DNA from: Minutocellus sp. GHC0000111
Taxonomy: Eukaryota
DNA: 64,000 bases
Assembly: GCA_977018835.1 (NCBI GenBank)
Contig: OZ361256.1
Location: forward strand, 1,736,001 to 1,800,000
Direction of reading: 5' to 3'
Notes under the pieces: model-generated
Seen by the model: only the letters and a program-made list of their open reading frames with translations
Database searches by the model: none
Told to the model about the DNA's origin: nothing
Program-made: the position numbers and the translations under genes
Part shown: in pieces, positions 1 to 11,314 of the stretch
Layout of the letters: the number at the start of each line of letters is the position of its first letter
Position numbering within the stretch: position 1 is the stretch's first letter

Positions 1-989
1 CCAGCACTCTGGCCAATCACCACCACCCGTTTAGGATCTCCGCCGTAAGTTTTGCAGTTGCTTAGTGTCCACTGGATGGCCTCATCGACGTCTTCCACCA
101 TACCTCCTATATCCGTCTGAGGGAAATTTCTGTAGTCGGGTATTACCACCAAAACACCCAAGGGAACAAGTACACGAGCCAACAAGGCTCCCCACATCTT
201 GTACCCAATTATCCATGCCCCGCCTGTCAAAAAAATAACGACGGGTTTGCTCTCCTCGTCACCGTTGCCTCCGTTCTCTCCACTGGACATATCATTACAT
301 GTCGTCAACATACTGGAATACTGTCGATCGTACGAAATGTCGCGGCCATCGTTGCGCATGGTCAATGCAGTTCTACTTCCATAGACATCCACGAAATGCC
401 GACTGGTCCTTGGACTATTGCGACTCGGATCATCACCATCATTAGAAGCGTCACCTACAACTCCATCTTCCCTGTAAGGCAACGCTATCCGATCGGCACT
501 CCAAAAGTAGTAGTAGGCAAAGACCACAAATCCAGGAAGCAGGGCCATCACAAATGCCAGGAGACGGACGAGCTTGAACAGCCACCGCGGCGTGCCATAA
601 AACAGCAAACTCAACAGCTTCGGCGCGTACTCCACGATGAGGTTGACGTGATATCGCAGGGTGAAGTACCGATGGATGCGATGTTTCCGCCTCTTGTGGC
701 GTCTTTGGCCAAAGTATGTGCCAAAACTTGACGTGTTCGGCGATGCATGCGGCGCATTTTCAGTATGAATAGTACGACTTCGTGTTTTCTCCTGTGGACT
801 ATCACAAGGGCAGCATGCATTCGTGTCGGTAGAGGTGGTATCCTTACCACGACAGTATTCGCATGACTCATCGCTACGCATTCGCTGCTCTTTGTTCCTG
901 CCGAGGAGGGGCTGCTCGTGCTCAGCGCCAGCAGCAGCCGCCGGGGCAGTGGGGTGAGAGCGCCGCCGCCGCTGTGATGATCGGGTCAT
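1..989 (-). CDS. Isoprenylcysteine alpha-carbonyl methylesterase (ICME/PCME)-like alpha/beta hydrolase, 3' end outside the window
   Basis: Not in the ORF track because it runs off the edge. Manual translation from ATG 989 (MTRSSQRRRR...) stays open to position 1 and contains KPVVIFLTGGAWIIGYKMWGALLA, PDYRNFPQ, GGMVEDVDEAIQW and GGDPKRVVVIGQSAG (start of the GxSxG nucleophile motif). Confidence 0.85.
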   Translation of the reverse strand, partial: MTRSSQRRRRSHPTAPAAAAGAEHEQPLLGRNKEQRMRSDESCEYCRGKDTTSTDTNACCPCDSPQEKTRSRTIHTENAPHASPNTSSFGTYFGQRRHKRRKHRIHRYFTLRYHVNLIVEYAPKLLSLLFYGTPRWLFKLVRLLAFVMALLPGFVVFAYYYFWSADRIALPYREDGVVGDASNDGDDPSRNSPRTSRHFVDVYGSRTALTMRNDGRDISYDRQYSSMLTTCNDMSSGENGGNGDEESKPVVIFLTGGAWIIGYKMWGALLARVLVPLGVLVVIPDYRNFPQTDIGGMVEDVDEAIQWTLSNCKTYGGDPKRVVVIGQSA

Positions 990-1603
990 CGCGGCCACCT
1001 GGCGTCTGGTGCTTGAGTATGTGACGACTGAGGACTGCTGTTGCCCGTGATTCGGTGGCAATCTTACTGGCCCAGGTCAGTATGGTGACACTATGCAACT
1101 TGCTACACGGCCGGCAGTACACGGTCGGCGGTCGGTGACCGGGGCCATTGTGGGGTGCGGGGGCAGAAAATGGGGCGTTCATGAGACAGACAGAAGGGCC
1201 GTGCGAAATCCATATGTTGGCATCTCAGAAAAAGCGAAGCGGCAATGTCGAGAAAGCAAGGAGGTCGAACGCTTTCAATAAATCAATCAAGCAAAGAGTT
1301 GGACTTCAATCAATTTGGTAAGAATGCATCTCATTGATACGGCAGGGTGCATTTCTGAATCCATAAATATCGTCCTCTTCCGTTTCCGTTGTCTCTTTCT
1401 CAAAGGGAATGAAAGTAGGCGTGCATCTTTTCTGGTCCGTCGAATCGAACCCAAGCATTGGTGCCATCAATTGAAGCAGAATTCATATCTTGCCTGAACT
1501 GACATCTGTGTTCTTTACTCGTTTTCTTTTGTTGCTTTTCAATTCAATTTTGCCAGCTCGCGATCACACAATCACAGTCAAGCATACCCCTAACCTACCT
1601 ATC

Positions 1604-4147
1604 ATGGGAGAGAGCGAGCACTTCGAGGGGGGCATCGACGATGCCGTTGGCCCAACTGATGCCGGCGAGGCCAAGGGATTCGTCCGTTTCCGCAACTCCG
1701 TCTGGGGTACCATCATCGGCAAGGATGAGGGACGTGAGCGCTGGTCGTCTCGCGTTGCCTTCTTCTTTGCCGCCGTCGGTTCTGCTGTTGGGTGAGTAGT
1801 TCGCTTCTCGTTCCGGTTTAGGTTTAGGCTTATTTATTCGCTATGCATTTCAATCTAGCTTATCTATCTTCAACGCACATATACCAGTATGCTCACTTGT
1901 TCGCCCCACCTGCACCCATCACTTCCTCCAGATTTGGCAATGTTTGGAGGTTCCCTCAGCTTGCCGCGGATTATGGAGGTGGTGCCTTCCTCATTCCATA
2001 CGTGATTGCCCTCTTCGTTATTGGCATTCCCATCCTCTTCTTGGAGATTGCTCTTGGCCAGTTCCACCAGACTGGCGACGTCGGCGTTTTCGGGTCGATT
2101 CACTGCCGTCTTCGAGGCGTCGGTCTATCATCCGTTGCCTGCTCGTACATGCTGGTCTGCTACTATACAATGCTCATCGCTTGGGTAATGTAAGTTGCGA
2201 TATGGTTCTATCGAATGAAGTTGGGAGAATGTATGGTGATTGTCATTTATCTGTGTGCACAATCTATCTCACACCAATCCCACATTGACTACAAATATTT
2301 TTTTCACAGCAATGCCTTCTTCGATTCCTTTTCGGCAGATGCCATTTGGAAGCAGGATCCTCCCCCGACTGGCGATGACGCCGTGATGTATTTCTTCAAC
2401 GATATCATTGGTATGTCCACCGTCTGGGACTCGCCCGATCTCCGTCCTACTCGTCTTGTTGGAAAGAATGTTGGCTACTCCTTTCTTGGGTGGCTCATCA
2501 TTTACGTAAGTATTCTGACGTTTGCATGCATGAAAACTATTATCACCCTTTCTGTGTCTACACCATGTATCCTCTGTCTGACCACTTGGACCTCTTCTTT
2601 CTTACCGCTAACCAACACAGCTTTGTGTCGCTTGGGGGCTCAAATGGACCGGGCGCATTACGTACTTCACGATGGGCTTGCCAATCGTTTTGTTGTTCGT
2701 CTTTCTGGGCCGGGCAGTATCCCTACCTGGAGCAGAAGATGGCATCCAGAAGTACATTGGCATTTGGGACACCAGCGTCCTTGTTAAGCAGCCAGATGTA
2801 TGGAGCAGAGCTGTCTCGCAAATCTTTTTCAGTCTGTCTGTGACGTTCGGGGTCATGACCGCCTACGGGTCGCATTGTAAGAAGAGCGAGCCAGCCTTTG
2901 CCAACTCGTGCGTTATTGCTTGCTCCAACTGTCTCTTTTCCTTCATCTCTGGCTTCGCCGTGTTCGCCAGTATCGGCCATCTGGCATATCTGTCAGAAAC
3001 TGGAGAGTTTCCTACTTATGAGTCATTTGGCCTCGTCTTCGGTACTTGGCCCGTCGTGCTCAATACTCTTCCCGGCGGCGTCCATTGGGTCAGACTGTTG
3101 TTTTTTGACTTGTTTCTCTTGGGTATTGACTCAGCTTTCTCCCTACTCGAAGGTCTATTGACCGTCGTCAGAGATACAGTGAGGTTCCAGGACAAATCCA
3201 AGTTCATCGTTGCCGGTGTGGCCTGGCTCTTTGCCTGGCTCGTTGGGTTTATCTATGCCACCGACGCCGGCCTCTTCTTCCTAGATACCATTGATTTCTA
3301 CATCAATTTTGTCATGCTGCTTGGTGAGATTTTAGTATTATGAATCCTACCGTTTGAGCTGTCTTGACTCTCAATTTTGGATTTTGTCGTTAATGAGCTC
3401 TCACGGCCAAAACCTCTTTTTCTTCTAAACTCTCTCCTTTGTCAATACGTCGTAGTTGGGCTGTTGGAAACATTTTCTGTCGGATGGATTTACGGAATCG
3501 AGAAGTCCATCGATACCCTCGGAGCTCCCGTCGTTCACTTCTTTCTATTTGGCAATTTCGGTTCCATCATTTTGGCGAGCGGCCTTTGGTTTGGTCTCAA
3601 GAATGACCACGCCGTCTGGGCCGGCTTCGTTGGCCTTGCCGTCTTCTACCTTGCCTGTTTGGCCATCTGCCTGGTCTTTATGAAGAAGAAGGGCATGCTG
3701 AGCAAAACTGGTCTATATGAGCTATATTTCGCCAACATGTTTGACCTAAAGAAGGAACTCCAACCTGTCATTGGCCACGTCCCTACCATATGGTGCATCC
3801 TTATTCGACATGTGATCCCCCATCTCCTTCTAATTCTCTTTATTAATTTGGCCCGGGCTGATAATGCTGCTGGAGAGAGCCTATTTGGACATTACGAAGG
3901 TTATGCTACGTGGCCCTATCAGGTTTTGGGTATTCTCACCGCCGCCTTTGCCTTCTTCCTTTTCCTCATTGGAGTTGCTGCACCCAAGACAATGGCATGG
4001 TTGGATCTACCCGATGAGAAGAAGCTTTGGAAATCCGGCAAAAGCATCAAGAAGGTGGATATTGTCGAGGAGGAGGAGGAAGCTGATAAATTCGATTCTG
4101 AAGAAGGAGTAAAGGAGGAGGATGAGGCTATGATGGTGGCTCAGTAG
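1604..4147 (+). CDS. Sodium:neurotransmitter symporter (NSS/SLC6) family transporter, 5 exons
   Basis: RERWSSR..FFFAAVGSAVG|FGNVWRFP..GGGAFLIPY and QIFFSLSVTFGVMTAYGS are SLC6 signatures. GT-AG introns at about 1792-1931, 2190-2309, 2507-2620 and 3323-3455 join the ORF pieces. Confidence 0.93.
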
Positions 4148-4170
4148 ATCTTTAGATGGAGATGGATAAA

Positions 4171-4464
4171 GAGCGTTTCCACGAGAGAGCCGACACCCCC
4201 TCCGCGATGTTTCGTAAATATTGTAACAACTCGATTTTATTACACCATATGTCTTAAAAGGGTGTTGTAGAGCATAATCAACAATAAAATCGAGTTGTTA
4301 CAATGATCTTGGGGTACTTTACTAACAAGTCGCTGGGTTTGGGTCCGAGATTTTGAGCTCGATCTAGTGGCTTCATTTTTATTGACGTGAAAATTTTCGC
4401 ACAAAAATATTTTCTAGTGGCTACAATTTACAGTGATTTTGTCGGCGGTCTCGTGGAAACGCTC
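4171..4464. mobile_element. MITE (294 bp) with 25-bp terminal inverted repeats and a 4-bp TAAA target-site duplication
   Basis: GAGCGTTTCCACGAGAGAGCCGACA (4171-4195) vs TGTCGGCGGTCTCGTGGAAACGCTC (4440-4464), 23/25 complementary. TAAA flanks both sides (4167-4170, 4465-4468). The interior is AT-rich and non-coding. Confidence 0.85.
4220..4304. repeat. Perfect 22-bp internal inverted repeat within the MITE
   Basis: ATTGTAACAACTCGATTTTATT (4220-4241) and its exact reverse complement AATAAAATCGAGTTGTTACAAT (4283-4304). Confidence 0.95.
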
Positions 4465-4795
4465 TAAAGCGGTTTCGGTTAAAAGATGATTGGATTTACA
4501 TGTATTTGGATGAATTGAGAGACGTGCATTTAGATCTACATAGGAATTCCTACGTTAAAGTATTTTTAGTTCTGGTCAATTGTTTTGGTTTTATGCTCAT
4601 ACTCGAAGCACGATATGGATGGCATGGCATGCATGTACATGTACCTAGGTAATGGACCGGACCGGAGGCGGAAAACCCGGAGGCGTGTGGCATGGAAAAT
4701 GAGGTCGTCAGCGCAGGCATCGGCAGGGCGGCCGCTGCCGATACTGCCGATCTGCCGGCATGCCACACCCAGCCACAAGAGCTAGGACGCGCAAG

Positions 4796-5647
4796 ATGGC
4801 AAAGAGCAAGAAGAAGAGGGGAAGCGGCGGTGGCGCCGGCGCCAGCGAAAACTCCAGCACAAATCATTCAGCTGCCAATAACAGCACAAGTGGCTTCCCT
4901 CCTCATCTCGTGGAGGCCTGCAAACCTCCACGTCGCAAAGGCGCCCCATCCACTGCTCGTACCACACCAGAGATCACCGAGCTCTACCCGCACCACGTCT
5001 ACGTATCGCGCAACTTCCTTCCCCCGTCGGATTGTCAGCTGTGGATCGATGCCGTCGAGCACAACAATGTCGGCGGTGGGTTTGAGTCCGTGTGTCATGC
5101 CGCCACGCGATACATAGCCCAGCGCGAATGCGGGAGAATACAGATGGACGATGCTCATGTTGCCGACGCGCTGTACGAAAGGATGAGACCAATCGTTATG
5201 CAGGTGGCGGACAAAGTGGGCGTTACGCATTCCGATGCCACGTACGGGCCAGTGGCGTTGAACGAAAACATTCGGCTGTACAAGTATCAGAAAGGGATGA
5301 GCTTCGGTCGGCACTTTGACGGTTCCAATGGTGTACCCTCGTTGGGAGACACAGCTCATACTGAGATTACGGTGTTGATGTATCTATCGGATTGTCGTGG
5401 CGGGGCCACGAGATTTTACCCCCCGTCGTCGGCTGCAGCTGGCAATACCAAGAAGAACACAAAGAAGCAAAAGAAAGAAGGGGCGGAGGGCAAGGACGGT
5501 GTTGCATTTGTGCCGGAGCAGGGTGCCGTCTTGTTGCACGTGCACGGCGATCGATGCTTGGAGCACGAGGCCGATCCGGTACTGGACGGTATCAAGTACG
5601 TATTGCGAACCGACGTCGTGTATGCGGTGGATGGTGGTTGTAGGTAG
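4796..5647 (+). CDS. 2OG-Fe(II) oxygenase, prolyl-4-hydroxylase-like
   Basis: LNENIRLYKYQKGMSFGRHFD (HxD), ITVLMYLSDCRGGATRF, CLEHEADPVLDGIKYVLRTDV (distal His). Likely start MAKSKKKRG at 4796. Confidence 0.88.
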   Translation: MAKSKKKRGSGGGAGASENSSTNHSAANNSTSGFPPHLVEACKPPRRKGAPSTARTTPEITELYPHHVYVSRNFLPPSDCQLWIDAVEHNNVGGGFESVCHAATRYIAQRECGRIQMDDAHVADALYERMRPIVMQVADKVGVTHSDATYGPVALNENIRLYKYQKGMSFGRHFDGSNGVPSLGDTAHTEITVLMYLSDCRGGATRFYPPSSAAAGNTKKNTKKQKKEGAEGKDGVAFVPEQGAVLLHVHGDRCLEHEADPVLDGIKYVLRTDVVYAVDGGCR

Positions 5648-5745
5648 GAATTTCTATATAATATCTGGTAATTCTTTGTGGAATGACATGTACCTTAGAT
5701 CTACCTAATTCACTCATAGAACCCTATTCGAGTGCAGCTATAGGC

Positions 5746-6891
5746 TCAAGGGCCGATGTTGTAGTCCTTACTCAGGCGGAGCATCATGCATCGTTCCTCG
5801 TCCAACACAAAATTGAGGCCAGACCAGTTCCGGTATCCACGAGGACCTGTACCGGTGTACATGGGGTTCTTGCGAGTGGCGTGTGGGTCTGGGATCATGA
5901 ACTCCATGCAAAAGTCTTCAGGAGGGGGGAAGCCACCATGGGAGTAACGAATGCCGTGCCTCCCATGAGGCTCGCAAGATGCAGCCACAAGCTTGAGGTC
6001 CAGCGAATCTCTTCTCATGGCGACGACAGTGACAGATGTTTCGCCCATAATTTCATTCATTTGACGAAGGAGTTCATTGTCTGCAGCGCCATCAGGGACG
6101 GGACAGAGCGCGGACATGCAAGACCAGCTGGAAAGATCGAGATCTTTGATGTGAAGTCTCGTCTCGAAGGCGTGGGGACGATCGCACGCGATTTCTTTGC
6201 AATGCCCGGAGTACTCAGGCCGACAGTCGCTCTGGACGAACCCCTGCGCTAGCACGGTACCGGTGTGCTTGTTGATGCACCGGACGAAGAACTCCAGCTC
6301 CGCGCGCTCGTTATAAAACTGAACGTCGAGCTTCCACGGCGTCTTGCCCGTGCATCCCCTGCACTGAATCGTCACCCCCATATTCTCGGCGAAGTTTGAG
6401 GCGAGCACGTGCCGGATGGCCTTCATTCGAAGCGAGGCGCCGACCACGCTGGATCCTGGACCATCTTCGTCCTTGAATCCGCCCATCTTCTTCCAATACC
6501 GAGGTGCGAGCTGACGGAACCGCTTGTACACCATCTCCGACCTTCCGAGGGAAGGCGCGTCGAGGTACGGCATCATCCGGTCGAAAAAGTCACCGTCCAC
6601 GGCAAGGAGCGAATCGGGCTCGACCTCCCCGCTGGCCCTGGCCTGCCGAATCTGCTCATCGAGAGCACGCAGCTCCGACACCAGTGCATCCCTCCGCTGA
6701 AGCAGCAGCGGCAGGTTGGACGACGTCGAAGCAGCCAACTTCTTGGCGGCCAGTCGGTTGCTGGATCTGGAACCGTTTTCCTCGCACGTCGGGGTGATAT
6801 TGTCGTCGTCGTTGGAGGCCGAGGCAACAGCAGCGACGGCGACATCGGCTAGCGCCTCACCCTCCGCATCGGTCGGCATTGTGTCTTCCAT
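5746..6891 (-). CDS. Hypothetical protein with F-box-like motif
   Basis: 381-aa intronless ORF. A coiled coil is followed by DFFDRMMPYLDAPSLGRSEMVYKRFRQLAPRYW, which resembles an F-box. The C-terminus is not recognised. Confidence 0.6.
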   Translation of the reverse strand: MEDTMPTDAEGEALADVAVAAVASASNDDDNITPTCEENGSRSSNRLAAKKLAASTSSNLPLLLQRRDALVSELRALDEQIRQARASGEVEPDSLLAVDGDFFDRMMPYLDAPSLGRSEMVYKRFRQLAPRYWKKMGGFKDEDGPGSSVVGASLRMKAIRHVLASNFAENMGVTIQCRGCTGKTPWKLDVQFYNERAELEFFVRCINKHTGTVLAQGFVQSDCRPEYSGHCKEIACDRPHAFETRLHIKDLDLSSWSCMSALCPVPDGAADNELLRQMNEIMGETSVTVVAMRRDSLDLKLVAASCEPHGRHGIRYSHGGFPPPEDFCMEFMIPDPHATRKNPMYTGTGPRGYRNWSGLNFVLDEERCMMLRLSKDYNIGP

Positions 6892-7071
6892 TCTGCCAAT
6901 TGATCTGCTGCTTAGTTAGCAAAGTAGTAGCGTAGTTGCTACGTATAAAAAGCCTGAGCACGCGTTCAATGCGTGTTTAGTGCTGATGCGGTGATGTTCT
7001 AGTGGCTAACTCAGGGAGGGGTGCATTTGCGCGCATAGAGATAGTTTGCTAGATTTCCTTTGTTCCGGCAC

Positions 7072-7119
7072 GTAGTCAGATTCGTGTGGATAGTTGTAGT
7101 CAGATTCGTGTGGATAGTT
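7072..7119. repeat. Perfect 24-bp tandem duplication
   Basis: GTAGTCAGATTCGTGTGGATAGTT x2 (7072-7095, 7096-7119). Confidence 0.95.
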
Positions 7120-8167
7120 GCGCTACAGCAGATGGCCCGGGTGCCCCAATGAGTTGAATGCGAGCAGAAGCATGTTGTTATTAAAGTCTAAGTAACGGGT
7201 GTGTATTTAACATGTGTAGATCTACATGTACACATGCAGTGGTTTTAGAAGGCAGTTTCAATGCTGCTGCTATGCATGGCACTTCGTCGTGCTGCTAGTT
7301 TTCTTTGGGAAATGCTACGGCACTTCGTGCTACTATGTTAACGTGTCTTTACGCGGGGAGCACTTTGGTTGTGGAATGGAAGCGATGCGCTGGACGTTTT
7401 GATGTGCTGGTTGGCCGTTTGACGTGCTGGTTGTTGGAAGACATGCTGCTGCTGCGGCGGCGCACCGATCCGATTGCACTCTTGAATAGTTACAATTAGT
7501 TTAAAAAATTTAAAGATTCACATAGAGGAGTGGTGTAGCAGCATGTCAAAAATGAATGACATGCTGAAAATGTTGACACGCTGACGGTGTGATGAACTGT
7601 GCAAGATTCGTCACATGTGTTCAGATTCACCTATCATTGCCTCTTGGAAGAGACGCCAATTATCATGGGCATTGTAAGTTCTACACTGTGTCGAGGGGAA
7701 GAAGGGGTGCAAGTTTCGGCTCTGTCGATGTGTCTCCATCATCTAATGGAGACGATGACGCTGAGAACTGGAATGAGATTCACATTTCGTTGAGTAACGA
7801 CGAGTTGGAAAGGTATTTTCCTGATGCGGGCATAGTCGACATGGAGGATGAAGTGGAATGGGACATGTGTGAAGTGTTTGATGAATTGAGTGAGCAGCAC
7901 TTGATGCTCGACTCGAGCGTTGAATCCTCGAGATGCGCTGAACGTTTTGATCTGTGCTGCGGGTGGTGTGAGCATGGTTTGATGTGCCGCTGCGGTTTGA
8001 GATTGCTGCTGCGGCTTGATATGCTGGTTGTTTTGACATGCTGCGGATTTGATGAGGCCGATTTGACATGCTGGCGCGTGACTCATTGAATCTGAAGCAC
8101 TCCCTTTTAAAATACAAAATGTCAAATCCAAACTTTCCCCACGACGGGGAGCACCTGCTTCCACTTG

Positions 8168-8243
8168 TGAGATCTTTGTTCCGAATGCTGGCTTGCTTTC
8201 ACTTCACTTCTGAGATCTTTGTTCCGAATGCTGGCTTGCTTTC
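8168..8243. repeat. 33-bp direct repeat with 10-bp spacer
   Basis: TGAGATCTTTGTTCCGAATGCTGGCTTGCTTTC at 8168-8200 and 8211-8243. Confidence 0.95.
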
Positions 8244-8760
8244 TAAAATCTGCAACACGATCTGCCTGCCACAGCCGTTCAAGTTGGCATCGCCTGTGTT
8301 TTGCAGATGTTTCTACGATGTAACACGAGAGAGAGAGCAAGCAGCGCCAAAATCGACGACGGAAATAAGCGTGGAACATGTGTTTCTTCGTCGACCTAGT
8401 TTATTGCAAAAAAAAACTCACACCCTCTTATTGCTAGATGGGCCGCGCCCACCCTCCAAGCGGTGACGACTGTCTGTCTTAGAGGGCACCCGGGCCCACC
8501 TAGGTAGTGGCAATGGACAGCAGACATCGGTCTCTTGAGGGGGGCTCTAAGACTGTCCCCAGTTTTAGGAATTCCTATTCCCCTATAAAAACAAACGCTT
8601 TGCGGCGCTGCTGCTGCGGGCGCTGGTGAAGCCAAGCCACATCTGCTGCTCTGCTGCTGCTGCGCATAACAAGCCAACAATATCATCGTGCGTTCATGCG
8701 AGAAACAATACAACCCGTCCATATTATCTTGCAAAATATAATTTCGAAACAATTTGTAGC

Positions 8761-9804
8761 ATGGGTAAGAAGGGTACGAAAGCGCAGGCCGGTAAGCCGA
8801 AGAAGCTGACCGCGAAGGACATCCGCAAGCGCCTCGACGCTCTGATCCCAATGCTCGAGGAGGAACTCAAGGGTGCCGACCTCTTCGCTCCCCTCCCGCC
8901 CACCGAGCCTTGTCCCATCTGCCTCCCCCTCTCGAGGTTCAATGAAAAGTCATTTTACATGGGCTGCTGCGGATCGCATGTTTGTCAGGGGTGCGACACA
9001 AAGGGCCGTCTATTTGAGACGAAGCAGTTTGTTGCCAGCGCAAAGAGGGAGGGGGGATTTGTTAGAAAGTGTGCACTCTGCAGGGAGCCAATTCCCGATG
9101 ATAAGGGCTACGTGCGACAGCTTGAGGCGTTGGCGTCGCGAAAGTCTTCGCCCAGGGCTGCGCGAGCGCTGTACAATCTGGGTGCCAACTACTTGGAAGG
9201 AGACTATGGGATACCGAAGGACGTTTTCCGAGCTCTTGAATATTTCATTCAAGCTGCAGATGTCGGCTCGGCAGAGGCTTGCTATGACATGGGGCGAATT
9301 TACCAGCATGGCGAAGACGAATTCCCAGTTGACATGGCGAAGGCCTCCTTGTTCTTTCGGGCAGGAGCCCTGAGGGGGTGCATTGGTTCGCACTGTAACG
9401 CCGGAAACACCGAATACTTCTTCCTCGGCAACCACGAGGTCGGAATCCGCTACTGGAAGATTGCGGCCGAGGCGGGAGACCAGCAGTCGTTGAATTGTCT
9501 TAGGATGGTCTACAGCGGCAAAAGGAATCTTCCAGGAAAAGAGTTCATCGCAAAGGATGAGTTGGATAGGATTTATCGAGACTGCCATGAGGCCCAGGAG
9601 AGTGTCAAGAGTGAGGAGAGGGAAATGTATTGTCAGAGAGATACGCCAGTTCAAAGATTGTTCGACCACCTCTCAAAGGGAAAAGAGATCGTCGACAAGG
9701 ACGAGTTGGAGACGCTTGAGGCTGTCATGACTTCAAGAAACATCCGGCGACTTGAGGACCAACTCTCGAATACATGTAGTTTCAAATTTGGCGGGCAGTC
9801 GTAG
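8761..9804 (+). CDS. RING-like zinc finger plus Sel1-repeat protein
   Basis: CPIC...CCGSHVCQGC...CALCR RING-type cysteines, then Sel1 repeats (ALYNLGANYLEGDYGIPKDVFRALEYF; ACYDMGRIYQHG; YWKIAAEAGDQQSL). Start MGKKG at 8761. Confidence 0.85.
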   Translation: MGKKGTKAQAGKPKKLTAKDIRKRLDALIPMLEEELKGADLFAPLPPTEPCPICLPLSRFNEKSFYMGCCGSHVCQGCDTKGRLFETKQFVASAKREGGFVRKCALCREPIPDDKGYVRQLEALASRKSSPRAARALYNLGANYLEGDYGIPKDVFRALEYFIQAADVGSAEACYDMGRIYQHGEDEFPVDMAKASLFFRAGALRGCIGSHCNAGNTEYFFLGNHEVGIRYWKIAAEAGDQQSLNCLRMVYSGKRNLPGKEFIAKDELDRIYRDCHEAQESVKSEEREMYCQRDTPVQRLFDHLSKGKEIVDKDELETLEAVMTSRNIRRLEDQLSNTCSFKFGGQS

Positions 9805-10041
9805 AGATTTTTTCTAGATGGTGTTGGACAGATAGCATTTCGATCCTAGAGTTGGACTGGTGGTGCTAGCTAGTAGTACTGGAAGATGTAACAGGAGATA
9901 TATAGTGATGATTGCATGAATTATTGCATGTACACAATATATGTAGATCTACATGCATGTAGATCTAGCTAGTGATGATTTGCCTCTGGCTAAAAGCAGA
10001 TTTAATGACAGTAACTCATTCAGCTTCTTCCTCTCCCACCA

Positions 10042-10971
10042 TTACCGTTCCAACATTTGAGTCGCATCGGCCGGATCCCACTCGTTGGCACCCTTGACAT
10101 CGCCGGAATTGGCAAATCCCTCCTCCTCTCCAAAGGTAAACACCAGTCCCAACCGTATCGTCGGACCCGATATCGGTGCCGCCCTATGAAAACTATGGGC
10201 ACCGGAAAAGAATATCAATGTGCCGGGCTCGGCCTTGATCTGCCTAACATCATCTGTTCTGCCTTCCATCAGTATCTTTCGAACGATGCTGTGTCCATCG
10301 ATATCATCCTTGCTCTTTGTTGGTCGGCACCACGGTACATGTTCGAATTCTCCCCCATCCTCACTGTTTTGCAGATACAAGATTGCCGTGTACGGACTCT
10401 CGTCAAAGTGCCAAGGTGCATCGTGCTCAGGATGGATCCGATAGGAATATACTGATCCATTCTCGTCTTGTGATCGGTGCAGCTTCCCCTTTTGGGCTAC
10501 TTTGGATAGGAATTGAACCAATCGATCATCGTTAAACAGCGATAGGCATAACTTTTGTGGTGTCTGTTCCAGACTCTTTCGCCCAATAAATGCCGCCGAA
10601 GAATGCATAATGTGATTCCGTGGGTGGGATTCGGAATACTTTGCTTTGCCCTGGTCGCCGGTGGTGGTATGATCGCCCTGATCCTGCCACGGAGTGTAGT
10701 GCTGCTTACTTTCGTTGTACGGGCACGACAAGACTTCGTTCTTGAGACGCTGAAGCCCTTCCAAAGTGGCAAAGTTGGGCAACACCATGGCACCGTCATT
10801 TTCGAGGGCACGACGACATGACTCTAGGATATGCATATCGTCGAGGAGGGACCAATTGACGAGAGGTTGATGTGCCGACGCCGATGCTGATTTAAATCCT
10901 GGTGCCGATGCCGATTGATCGGTGGACATGGCGCTGCTGCTGCTGCTGCCGTCGCCTGCTGGCTGTGACAT
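10042..10971 (-). CDS. 2OG-Fe(II) dioxygenase resembling the BesD/HalD-like (ArpA-like) family, hydroxylase-type HxD
   Basis: CRRALENDGAMVLPNF, PWHFDES, ILYLQNSEDGGEFE, PGTLIFFSGAHSFHRAAP..TIRLGLVF. The His-x-Asp...His triad and 2OG-binding Arg are present. Confidence 0.75.
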   Translation of the reverse strand: MSQPAGDGSSSSSAMSTDQSASAPGFKSASASAHQPLVNWSLLDDMHILESCRRALENDGAMVLPNFATLEGLQRLKNEVLSCPYNESKQHYTPWQDQGDHTTTGDQGKAKYSESHPRNHIMHSSAAFIGRKSLEQTPQKLCLSLFNDDRLVQFLSKVAQKGKLHRSQDENGSVYSYRIHPEHDAPWHFDESPYTAILYLQNSEDGGEFEHVPWCRPTKSKDDIDGHSIVRKILMEGRTDDVRQIKAEPGTLIFFSGAHSFHRAAPISGPTIRLGLVFTFGEEEGFANSGDVKGANEWDPADATQMLER

Positions 10972-11314
10972 ATGTGGGACTTATCGACACGCAGGTGCAC
11001 GCTGCGCTAATACGCTGCGCTGACGAGCTTGCGTCTGAATGAAGGGGAGCCAGCGAGTATCTAGAGTTACTCGTAGCTTGCGGAACATTCTCACAACAGA
11101 AATTTGGATTGAGATTGGTCGTACCCAGGACTCCAGCACTTGTCAAACACCACTGCTTCGTTCCCTCGGTTATTTAACCCTTCTGGTGGTCATTGGGGGG
11201 TCATTCTGAAGCAGAGCATTTTAGACGAAGTCAAGGCGTTTGGTCGGGTCCGCCACATTTCCATGTCACAAAATCCAAAGCTCATTCTTCCACCGCTGCA
11301 ATATCCAAAAAGCA

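Noticed and set aside
7589..8089. 166-aa ORF as a gene
   Set aside because: Both ends run through motif repeats and no domain is recognised; at most a gene relic.
8168..8243. 33-bp repeat pair as a possible CRISPR array
   Set aside because: Only two units, a 10-bp spacer, no cas genes and a eukaryotic context.
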